Source of the DNA: Candidatus Kapaibacterium sp.
Lineage (GTDB): Bacteria > Bacteroidota > Ignavibacteria > Kapaibacteriales > UBA2268
Assembly: GCA_963664875.1 (NCBI GenBank)
Contig: OY761611.1
Coordinates: 1,920,001 to 1,984,000, forward strand
Direction of reading: 5' to 3'
DNA: 64,000 nucleotides
Notes under the pieces: model-generated
Databases searched by the model: none
Seen by the model: only the letters and a program-made list of their open reading frames with translations
What the model was told of the DNA's origin: nothing
Translations under genes and position numbers: made by a program
Part shown: positions 56,105-64,000 of the stretch, in pieces
How the letters are laid out: every line of letters begins with the position of its first letter
Position numbering within the stretch: the first letter of the stretch is position 1

Positions 56105-56129
56105 CTCCAAAAGAAGTTATATTTATTCA

Positions 56130-56153
56130 TATTTTCAATTATTTTTGAAAATA
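56130..56153. promoter_or_regulatory. Operator 1 of the GbsR/MarR regulator
   Basis: Perfect inverted repeat TATTTTCAA-TTATTT-TTGAAAATA; second copy at 56705-56722. Confidence 0.65.
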
Positions 56154-56178
56154 CAGAAACTATTTGTATATTGTATGT

Positions 56179-56685
56179 ATGAAACTATCTGATGGACAAT
56201 ATAAGTTTATTATGTCATGGGGAAGTCTTGGTTCTCAGTGGGGAATGAATAAGACTTTGGCTCAGATTCACGGCTTATTTCTAGTAACTGAAGAAGCGTT
56301 GAGCACTGATGAGATCATGGAAACACTCAAGATATCGAGAGGAAATGCAAATATGAATGTGCGAACTCTTGTTGATTGGGGTATGGTTTATAAAGAGTTA
56401 GTAGCCGGTGAGAGGAAAGAGTTCTTCATAGGCGAGAAAGATATGTGGCTTATCCTCAAGCGTATCATGAAAGTCAGGAAAGAAAGAGAACTTGATCCGA
56501 TGCTACGTATGGTAAAAGATTTGAAAGCATCAGAACAAAATCAAAAAACTGAAGAATCAGAACAATTTGTAGAGCGATTAAATGAAATCGAACAATTTGC
56601 AACTCAAGCAGATAAAACTCTTTCTACACTACTTAGCTCAGATGAAAGCTGGTTTTGGAGTACGTTTATGAAGCTAATGAAGTAA
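56179..56685 (+). CDS. GbsR/MarR family transcriptional regulator
   Basis: WGSLGSQWGMNKTLAQIH, ISRGNANMN, GERKEFF, RKERELDP; ATG at 56179. Confidence 0.9.
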   Translation: MKLSDGQYKFIMSWGSLGSQWGMNKTLAQIHGLFLVTEEALSTDEIMETLKISRGNANMNVRTLVDWGMVYKELVAGERKEFFIGEKDMWLILKRIMKVRKERELDPMLRMVKDLKASEQNQKTEESEQFVERLNEIEQFATQADKTLSTLLSSDESWFWSTFMKLMK

Positions 56686-56704
56686 ATATTTTTTTACATA
56701 TAAG

Positions 56705-56722
56705 TTTCAATATTTTCTGAAA
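56705..56722. promoter_or_regulatory. Operator 2 of the GbsR/MarR regulator
   Basis: TTTCAATATTTTCTGAAA, same TTTCA-N8-TGAAA geometry as operator 1. Confidence 0.6.
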
Positions 56723-56746
56723 GTACAATATATTACAGAGGTTAAT

Positions 56747-57652
56747 ATGAAAAAGATTATTGTAACAGGTGCCTTAGGATATTCAGGTAAAGTGATAAGC
56801 GAGAAACTAATTGAACGCGGATTTTCAGTCAAAACTCTGACTAATTCGCTACACAAACCAAATCCATTTGGAAAAAATCTGGAAATAGCATCTTTTAATT
56901 TTGACAGACCTGATGAACTAATCAAGTCTATGGAATCTTACGATACACTGGTAAACACATATTGGGTTCGTTTTAATCATAAAAGTTTCAATCACCAAGA
57001 TGCAGTAAAGAATACAAAGATTCTCATTGATACTGCAAGAGAGGCAGGTATAAAAAGGTTTGTACATGTTAGCATAACAAATCCTGATAAAAATTCAAAC
57101 TTAGAGTATTTTAGAGGGAAGGGTGAACTCGAAGAATATTTAGTAACATCAGGTCTTTCATACTCAATTGTTCGACCGGCCGTTCTTTTTGGAAGAGGTG
57201 ACATCCTTATAAATAATATTGCCTGGATGGTAAGACACTTGCCTGTTTTTGGAGTTTTTGGAGATGGAGGCTATAAATTACAGCCAATACATATTGATGA
57301 TTTTGCACAAGTCCTTATAGATGAAGCTCAATCTGCAGTAAATCATACTATTAATGCAATCGGAGTTGAAACATATACATATAAACAACTTGTTCAAACA
57401 ATAATGGAAATATTATCTATCAGCAAGCCAATTATCTCTGTTCCTCCATTCTTGGGTTATCTTGCAGGCAAAATTATTAGTTCTCTCAAAGGTGATGTAA
57501 CTATTACCAGAGAGGAGATTAAAGGCCTTATGGATAATTTACTTTATGTTTCGGATAATGCTTTAGGTAAGACCAAATTGAGTGAATATATCTTAGAAAA
57601 CAAAGATTCTATTGGAAAAATTTATGCAAATGAACTGGAGCGTAGAGTATAA
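56747..57652 (+). CDS. NAD(P)-binding atypical SDR/epimerase (NDUFA9-like)
   Basis: VTGALGYSG, FVHVSITNP, YFRGK, IVRPAVLFG, LQPIH. Confidence 0.88.
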   Translation: MKKIIVTGALGYSGKVISEKLIERGFSVKTLTNSLHKPNPFGKNLEIASFNFDRPDELIKSMESYDTLVNTYWVRFNHKSFNHQDAVKNTKILIDTAREAGIKRFVHVSITNPDKNSNLEYFRGKGELEEYLVTSGLSYSIVRPAVLFGRGDILINNIAWMVRHLPVFGVFGDGGYKLQPIHIDDFAQVLIDEAQSAVNHTINAIGVETYTYKQLVQTIMEILSISKPIISVPPFLGYLAGKIISSLKGDVTITREEIKGLMDNLLYVSDNALGKTKLSEYILENKDSIGKIYANELERRV

Positions 57653-57759
57653 TTTCTTAACACAAATCAAACAAAACTTACTCAATAAATTGATTTAGTC
57701 TTGCCAAAACTTTTAGCTAATTTTGAAATAATAATATTTAACATTTTTGATTAGGACAA

Positions 57760-58737
57760 ATGTTTATGCAGCTAAGAAAATTGATTTATCTGGCAATGCT
57801 TTTTGTTAGCTTTTCACTGGCTACGAACGCACAGATGCAGCCACAGCTACCTACTCCTGTTGATGCTGACTCACTCGGTACACTTGACGGAAAATTTACC
57901 TATATGATAGCAAGTGATCTCGGCAGGAACGGGTATTATTATCAGAAACCTATTGCAGAGATGATGGGCGAAGTGGCTGATATAGCTGATGTAGAGTTTA
58001 TAGCAGGTCTTGGAGACGTGCATCATTACTTAGGAGTCCAATCCACAACAGATCCTTTATGGATGACAAATTTTGAGCTTGTTTATAGCCACCCGGAGTT
58101 GCAGCGACCTTGGTTCACTATTCTTGGCAACCATGAGTATCGTGGGAACACGCAGGCAGTTTTGGACTACTCTAAGGTGAGCAGACGTTGGAAACCTGAA
58201 GGAAGATATTATGCAAAAGAGGTAGAAATTTCTGATTCTACAACAGCACTTTTACTATTCATTGATACTCCTTCAATGATAGATAAATATAGACAAGACG
58301 CAGAAGACTATCCGGATGCAACTGCTATCAGCATAGAAGAGCAGCTCAAATGGATAGAAACTACTCTAAAAAATTCAAAAGCAAAATGGAAAATAGTTAT
58401 GGGGCACCACCCTGTATATGTTGGCACTAATAAAGATGAAATCGAACAACTTAATCTGCAGGAACGCCTTTTGCCTATACTCGAAAAGTATAACGTAGAT
58501 ATGACTTTTGCCGGCCATATTCACAACTTCCAGCATTTACAAATCAAATCATCGAAAATTGATTATTTCGTAAACTCTTCTGCCTCTCAATCCAGAAAGG
58601 TAGAACCACGCGAAGGGCAGGTTTTTGTAAATCCTGAAGCAGGCTTTACGCTTTGCACTTTGGAAGATAATCAGATCACAGTCACATTTGTAAATAAAGA
58701 TGGAAAGATAATCTATCAGTACAGTAGAGTCAAATAA
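57760..58737 (+). CDS. Secreted purple/tartrate-resistant acid phosphatase-like metallophosphoesterase
   Basis: SDLG, GDVHH, GNHEY, GHHP, GHIH metal-binding motifs; signal peptide. Confidence 0.9.
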   Translation: MFMQLRKLIYLAMLFVSFSLATNAQMQPQLPTPVDADSLGTLDGKFTYMIASDLGRNGYYYQKPIAEMMGEVADIADVEFIAGLGDVHHYLGVQSTTDPLWMTNFELVYSHPELQRPWFTILGNHEYRGNTQAVLDYSKVSRRWKPEGRYYAKEVEISDSTTALLLFIDTPSMIDKYRQDAEDYPDATAISIEEQLKWIETTLKNSKAKWKIVMGHHPVYVGTNKDEIEQLNLQERLLPILEKYNVDMTFAGHIHNFQHLQIKSSKIDYFVNSSASQSRKVEPREGQVFVNPEAGFTLCTLEDNQITVTFVNKDGKIIYQYSRVK

Positions 58738-58741
58738 AATG

Positions 58742-58769
58742 AGGATACGAATTTTGTAGTTCGTATCCT
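58742..58769. terminator. Hairpin between convergent genes (probable bidirectional terminator)
   Basis: AGGATACGAA-N8-TTCGTATCCT perfect stem. Confidence 0.7.
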
Positions 58770-58784
58770 TAATTTTACATATTT

Positions 58785-59504
58785 TTAATCTACTTTGAGA
58801 AAAATTCCATCAATTTCCATTATTTCACCTGTCTTGAGGTTGTGCCATCCGGATTCAACAGAAGCCAGTCTAAATCCTAATGAATACATATAATATATCA
58901 TTTCAGTGAATGATTCGGAATCTTCGTAGAAACTATTTACGGGCAATTCTAATTGAAAACCCTGTATTTTATCTAAAGAGTTTCGTGCCCCTTCAATAAT
59001 ATTCTTTTCGAAACCTTGTGCATCAATTTTGACAAAAAGTTTGTTGCCTTCTTTATAATAGTCCAACAAAACTGTATCTAACTTTTTAACTTGTATAGTT
59101 TCTTTTCCTATGACTTTTGATTCAGGTACTAAATCTACAGAACTTTGTTTGACATCTAGTATTGAAGAAGATACAGAGTTTTCTGATATATTGATTTCAG
59201 CTTCTCCGTCAAAATCTCCTAAAGCGAAATTTTCAGTATCCCATTGTTTATCATTTTTAGCTAAGTCGGTCAAAGCCATGAAAGGTTTAGATTGAGGTTC
59301 AAAAGAAATAATTTTGCCCGAAAACCCATTATGTCTGACTCCATGGCCATAAAGTCCTATGTGAGCACCTATGTCAAAGATTAAATCTATCTTGTTGTGC
59401 TGAAATATTAGATTTCTCATTTTAGCATCTTTGTTCTTAAAAGCATACATCCCATAAGAAAATTTTGGGAAATATTTCTTTAGCATCAGTTTAAGATTGC
59501 TCAT
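58785..59504 (-). CDS. FkbM family methyltransferase
   Basis: FDIGAHIG, ISFEP, VKIDAQGFE, IQGFQLE. Confidence 0.92.
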   Translation of the reverse strand: MSNLKLMLKKYFPKFSYGMYAFKNKDAKMRNLIFQHNKIDLIFDIGAHIGLYGHGVRHNGFSGKIISFEPQSKPFMALTDLAKNDKQWDTENFALGDFDGEAEINISENSVSSSILDVKQSSVDLVPESKVIGKETIQVKKLDTVLLDYYKEGNKLFVKIDAQGFEKNIIEGARNSLDKIQGFQLELPVNSFYEDSESFTEMIYYMYSLGFRLASVESGWHNLKTGEIMEIDGIFLKVD

Positions 59505-59739
59505 AATTTGTCCGTAAAGTAATATAATTTATGCTCATAATAAAACTTAAAAATACAAAAAACTATTTACAAACAATACAAAAAGAATAATTCAATCCCG
59601 GCTGTGATATTAAATTGACCAATTTTAAAATTGATAGTAAAAATCTTAAACTAATTCGATTTCTATTTGTCTAATCTAAAGAAAACGGATTTTCAATATT
59701 CTATATTAAAATGTGGGTATAATCAAATTGGGGCACAAT

Positions 59740-62700
59740 ATGATTAAAAGACATCTAACAAAAATAATATTTCTATTTACAGTTGGGATTCTTTTCCCAA
59801 TATGCAACTTTGTACTAGGTCAAACACCAGAAATCATTGAAAAGATTGAACCTGCAACAGCAAAAGCAGGAACTAACAATTTGGATATTTCTATTACTTT
59901 ATTGGATTTGGGTACTCCACCTATACCACCATCTGAAGTCATTCCTTCTTCAATTACTTTCGGTAATATAGAAGCTAATAGCATTTCGCGGGATGAGCTT
60001 ATTATATCAGCAAAAATTAGTATCCCTGAAGATGAAACAAACGGACTGAAAGATGTGTCCATTTCTTTTCCGGGACCAAATAGCCAAACAATAACTTTTA
60101 CAAAAACTGTGGCATTTGAAATAACAGGAGGTAAAGATGATGAGGCTCCCAATCTCACAGGTGGAGAAGGTGGCGAAACACTATTTACTCCACTTGGTTC
60201 TAAGAATACATATCTCATCAATCAGGAAGGCAAAACAATTCATACCTGGACAAGCGATTATCGCCCTGCTCTAAGCTGTTATTTGCTTAATGACAAATCA
60301 CTTCTCCGAACTGCAAACGGAAACAATCCTAATTTTCCTAATGCGGCAGGCACTTGTGGTAAAATTGAACGTTTTGATTGGAATGGTAATCTGATATGGG
60401 AATTTGAACTTGAAGACGAAAAAATGATGATTCATCACGATATAGAATATCTACCAAACGGCAATATCCTTGCAATTGCTTTTCAATATAAATCAGACGA
60501 TGAAGCTATTGCCGCAGGCAGAAAAACAAATCTATTATCCAACGAAGGTTTATGGCAGGATGTTATTATTGAAATCGAGCCTACTTTCCCAAGTGGTGGG
60601 GACATAATTTGGAAATGGGAGACATGGGATCACTTAGTACAGGATGTTGACACGAGCAAACCTAATTATGGGGATGTCTCAGAAAACTTTGGGAAAATTG
60701 ATATAAACTATGCCTTAATGCCAAAAGGCGGAGATTGGACTCACTTCAATGGTATAGACTACAACGAAGAACTTGATCAGATTTTAATTACATCTCGTAA
60801 CTTTTCAGAAGTTTGGATAATAGACCACAATACCAGCACAGAAGAAGCTGCAGGCAAAAAAGGAGATTTACTCTATCGTTGGGGCAATCCTGCTGCTTAT
60901 GGAAGAGGAACAGAAGCTGACCAAATGCTATACGTACCTCATAATGCAGAATGGATTATGTCTGGTTACCCGGGCGAAGGAGATATTTTGATATTTAACA
61001 ATGGTCAAAACAGATCTGACGGCAATTACTCAACTATCGACCAGTTTACTCCACCTATTGTTAATGGTAAATATGAAATTTCCAATAATGAAGCTTTCGC
61101 ACCAAGTAACTTGTCTTGGACTTATAAAGCGGCAACTCCAACTGAATTCTTTAGTACCAACATCTCCGGGGCGCAAAGACTTAAAGGAGGTAACACACTA
61201 ATTTGCGAAGGAACTACAGGAAGGATGTTTGAAGTTGAAGAAGATGGAACTATAGTTTGGCAATACATAAATCCTTACTATAATGTGCAACAAGCTGATA
61301 CAAATCGTCAGGTTTTCAGAGCGACTCGATATGATGTGAAAACTATGGGTTCGGGAACTCCAAATCTTACTATTCCTTATCCAATAGTCGATACCGGTCA
61401 GGATTTGTGCTATAATTCCAAAGGTGCAGAAATAGAATCACCTTCTGAATCCGATGATTTTTACGGACAGGACGCACAATTTAACGGAAATCTGCCAAAC
61501 TACACAGACAATGGTGACGGCACTATCACAGATAACGTAACCGGACTTATGTGGTCCAAATCTTCAGATTTGAATGGAGATGGCACTATAAATGTAGCTG
61601 ATAAACTTACTCAAGCTCAGGCTGAAGCCGGAGCAGAAGAATTTACTTTAGGAGGTTACGATGATTGGAGACTTCCTACTATCAAGGAGTTATACTCTTT
61701 GATAATGTTCTCAGGCAAAGACGTTAGCGGTTATAGCGGAACAGATACAGAAAATCTGACTCCATTCATTGATAGCGACTACTTTGAGATAGGGTATGGC
61801 GATATGGATGCAGGAGAAAGAATAATTGATGCGCAATTCGCTACTACTACAATCTATGTCAGCACTACAATGAACGGTGCAAGAACTATGTTTGGTGTTA
61901 ATCTCGCTGACGGGAGAATCAAAGGCTACCCGACAGATGCTATGCAAGGAGGCGAAGGCAAACTTTTCTATGTTCATTATGTTCGTGGCAATGCTGAATA
62001 TGGCATAAATGATTTTGTTGATAATGAAGATGGTACTATTACTGATAAAGCTACAGGACTAATGTGGTCGCAAGATGACTCCAAAACAGGGCTTAACTGG
62101 CAGGAAGCTTTAGCTTGGGTAAAACAGAAAAACAGCGAAAACTTCTTAGGTCATAATGACTGGAGCTTGCCAAATGTGAAAGAGTTGCAAAGTATTGTTG
62201 ATTACACTCGCTCTCCGGCAACATCAGGCACTGCTGCAATAGATCCACTTTTTACCTGCACTGAGATAACTGATGAGGGTGGAGAGCCTAACTTCCCGTT
62301 CTATTGGAGCGCCACAACCCATGCAAATATGCAAAATGGTTCTTCTGCTGCTTATGTTGCTTTTGGCGAAGGGCTTGGCTTTATGACTAATCAGCAAGGG
62401 AATAACCCTACTTTGATGGATGTCCATGGTGCAGGTTGCCAAAGAAGTGACCCGAAAGAAGGCAATCCTGAAGAATACCCAACAGGGCACGGTCCACAGG
62501 GAGATGTAATAAGAATTTATAATTATGTTCGCTTAGTTCGGGCTGCAGAACCGGATGTAAGCATAAATGAAAACAGAAATCTATATCATGAGATGGAGCT
62601 TTATCAGAACACTCCTAATCCGGTTCAGAACAGCACAGATATATCATTTACTATCTCGAATAGTCAAGATATAACCCTTGCGGTATATGATGAATTAGGT

Positions 62701-62850
62701 CAAAAAGTAGCTGAAATATTAAACTCACATCTCGAAGCAGGTGAGCATAGCTACAATTTTGATGCTAAGAATCTTAATAGCGGAGTTTACTACTATATCC
62801 TAAATGCAGGAGATAAGCTGCTGACTAAAATGATGACAGTAGTTAAGTAG
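59740..62850 (+). CDS. T9SS-secreted fusion: Ig/IPT-like domain + aryl-sulfate sulfotransferase (ASST) + two DUF1566 domains + CTD
   Basis: HHDIEYLPNGN, DWTHFNGIDY, AQRLKGGNTLICEG; DNGDGTITDNVTGLMW / DWRLPTIKEL and DKATGLMW / DWSLPNVKEL; LYQNTPNPV...SGVYYY...KMMTVVK; ATG 59740. Confidence 0.88.
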   Translation: MIKRHLTKIIFLFTVGILFPICNFVLGQTPEIIEKIEPATAKAGTNNLDISITLLDLGTPPIPPSEVIPSSITFGNIEANSISRDELIISAKISIPEDETNGLKDVSISFPGPNSQTITFTKTVAFEITGGKDDEAPNLTGGEGGETLFTPLGSKNTYLINQEGKTIHTWTSDYRPALSCYLLNDKSLLRTANGNNPNFPNAAGTCGKIERFDWNGNLIWEFELEDEKMMIHHDIEYLPNGNILAIAFQYKSDDEAIAAGRKTNLLSNEGLWQDVIIEIEPTFPSGGDIIWKWETWDHLVQDVDTSKPNYGDVSENFGKIDINYALMPKGGDWTHFNGIDYNEELDQILITSRNFSEVWIIDHNTSTEEAAGKKGDLLYRWGNPAAYGRGTEADQMLYVPHNAEWIMSGYPGEGDILIFNNGQNRSDGNYSTIDQFTPPIVNGKYEISNNEAFAPSNLSWTYKAATPTEFFSTNISGAQRLKGGNTLICEGTTGRMFEVEEDGTIVWQYINPYYNVQQADTNRQVFRATRYDVKTMGSGTPNLTIPYPIVDTGQDLCYNSKGAEIESPSESDDFYGQDAQFNGNLPNYTDNGDGTITDNVTGLMWSKSSDLNGDGTINVADKLTQAQAEAGAEEFTLGGYDDWRLPTIKELYSLIMFSGKDVSGYSGTDTENLTPFIDSDYFEIGYGDMDAGERIIDAQFATTTIYVSTTMNGARTMFGVNLADGRIKGYPTDAMQGGEGKLFYVHYVRGNAEYGINDFVDNEDGTITDKATGLMWSQDDSKTGLNWQEALAWVKQKNSENFLGHNDWSLPNVKELQSIVDYTRSPATSGTAAIDPLFTCTEITDEGGEPNFPFYWSATTHANMQNGSSAAYVAFGEGLGFMTNQQGNNPTLMDVHGAGCQRSDPKEGNPEEYPTGHGPQGDVIRIYNYVRLVRAAEPDVSINENRNLYHEMELYQNTPNPVQNSTDISFTISNSQDITLAVYDELGQKVAEILNSHLEAGEHSYNFDAKNLNSGVYYYILNAGDKLLTKMMTVVK

Positions 62851-62870
62851 GTATTTTGCTACAAAAGAAT

Positions 62871-62910
62871 AAAAGCTGCCCGGAGATTATATTTCTGAGC
62901 AGCTTTTTTT
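62871..62910 (+). terminator. Rho-independent terminator
   Basis: AAAAGCTGC...GCAGCTTTTTTT. Confidence 0.75.
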
Positions 62911-63036
62911 GTGTCATTTTTAAGATTTGAGCAAATTTGCTAAGATTACAACTATATTTGCTATATTAGAGTATATTTTTGCATTTTTTGTGAAATTTAT
63001 TACGATTAGATAATATATTTAAAAGGATGTAGCCTT

Positions 63037-63675
63037 GTGCCGAAAGAGTTTGACAAAATAGGACTTTATAGGATTACTCATATTGATAATCTAGAATATA
63101 TACTGAAATCAGGAAGGCTAACTGCACCTAATCATCCTGACCATAATGCTAATTATATTGGCATAGGTGATATGTCTCTGATTGAAAAAAGAAGCTCGAA
63201 GAAAATTCCTTTGTCTCCATTTGGCACTTTTAGAGATTATATCTCTTTCTATTTTTCCAAGCGTTCAGTAATGTTATATGTCATTCAAAATGGTTATAAT
63301 AATGTTCCAAAACGTGATCCGGCTGAAATAATTTATTTGGTTACATCGTATGTTAAAGTAAAGGACAGTTCTATTCCTTTTGTATTTTATGATGGACATG
63401 CCTACGAATCAATGTCAGTTTGTTATAAAGATGATTCAGCTTTAGATGAAATTGATTGGCATATTATAAGAAGTAAAGATTGGAGAGATACAGAGGAAGA
63501 CCAAGACAGAAAACGAAGAAAATCAGCAGAGCTTTTGATATTTAAAGAATTTCCAATCTCAAATATTTTGGGAATCGCTGTTTATAATAAAAAAGCTCAG
63601 GAAAAAACAAATAGTATTTTAAAAAGTTTGGATGTATCTTTAGATTGTAAAATATATCAAGATTGGTATTATTAG
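63037..63675 (+). CDS. darT: DarT ssDNA ADP-ribosyltransferase toxin (DUF4433)
   Basis: [38 protein letters not shown] (catalytic Glu), ends WYY; GTG start; adjacent macrodomain gene. Confidence 0.9.
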   Translation: MPKEFDKIGLYRITHIDNLEYILKSGRLTAPNHPDHNANYIGIGDMSLIEKRSSKKIPLSPFGTFRDYISFYFSKRSVMLYVIQNGYNNVPKRDPAEIIYLVTSYVKVKDSSIPFVFYDGHAYESMSVCYKDDSALDEIDWHIIRSKDWRDTEEDQDRKRRKSAELLIFKEFPISNILGIAVYNKKAQEKTNSILKSLDVSLDCKIYQDWYY

Positions 63676-63676
63676 G

Positions 63677-64000
63677 ATGCTTAAGTTTACAAATGGTGAC
63701 ATATTAAGATGCGAAACCGAAGCTATTGTGAATACGGTGAATACTGTAGGAGTGATGGGTAAGGGGATAGCTTTATCATTTAAAAAAGCTTTTCCAACTA
63801 ATTTTAAATTATATGAAAAAGCATGCAAAGAGGGTACTGTTGAAGTAGGTAAAATGTTTGTTACAGAAACTGAAGAACTCTACCCTAAATATATTATCAA
63901 TTTCCCAACTAAAAAGCACTGGCGAAATCCTTCAAAATATGAATATATCACTTCCGGTCTTGAAGACTTATTTGAAGTAATAAAAAAATATCAAATTAAA
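63677..64000 (+). CDS. darG: DarG macrodomain antitoxin (5' part; runs off the window)
   Basis: Not in the ORF track. [40 protein letters not shown]...[15 protein letters not shown]; starts 1 nt after the darT stop. Confidence 0.92.
   Translation, partial: MLKFTNGDILRCETEAIVNTVNTVGVMGKGIALSFKKAFPTNFKLYEKACKEGTVEVGKMFVTETEELYPKYIINFPTKKHWRNPSKYEYITSGLEDLFEVIKKYQIK

Noticed and set aside
1-64000. tRNA, rRNA, riboswitch or selenocysteine recoding
   Set aside because: No cloverleaf, rRNA-like or known riboswitch pattern was recognised by eye, and the redox motifs of the ars genes use ordinary Cys codons; a covariance-model scan would be needed to exclude small RNAs

Overview
Chromosomal window (AT-rich) from an FCB-group bacterium with type IX secretion (T9SS). 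Clear AGGAG ribosome-binding sites and FlgD-like C-terminal domains suggest an Ignavibacteria/Kapabacteria-like lineage (inference). Left to right: (i) a minus-strand housekeeping run (sigma-54 activator cut by the window edge, rhodanese, J-domain protein, mntP, PlpD-type patatin-Omp85, acylphosphatase, DJ-1, pepD, PqqD-like). (ii) A 25-kb minus-strand surface-structure locus: a small T9SS-CTD protein, a 1752-aa CTD-less phage-tail-fibre-like protein, a 3-module FN3 protein and a ~5650-aa T9SS adhesin with ~40 Ig-like repeats. The adhesin's cysteine pattern indicates inter-domain disulfide staples, and a sigma-54-type promoter precedes the locus. (iii) RsmB, HAD, DEDD-UvrC fusion, TetR, TonB receptor/DUF4249, MscS, CorA. 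(iv) An accessory stretch with three paralogous Asp-box lipoproteins. (v) An arsR-arsE-arsP-arsF-arsG-arsC-acr3 arsenic/organoarsenical cluster. (vi) An intact and a frameshifted paralog pair, a GbsR/MarR regulator with duplicated operators, an SDR, an acid phosphatase, FkbM, an ASST-DUF1566-T9SS fusion and a darTG toxin-antitoxin at the right edge. Three REP-like hairpin families and two MITE/REPIN-like elements lie in intergenic DNA. No rRNA, tRNA or CRISPR array was seen. The best candidate for an undescribed system is the fibre/adaptor/stapled-Ig-rod locus at 8249-33530. All calls come from reading the sequence by eye; no searches were run.
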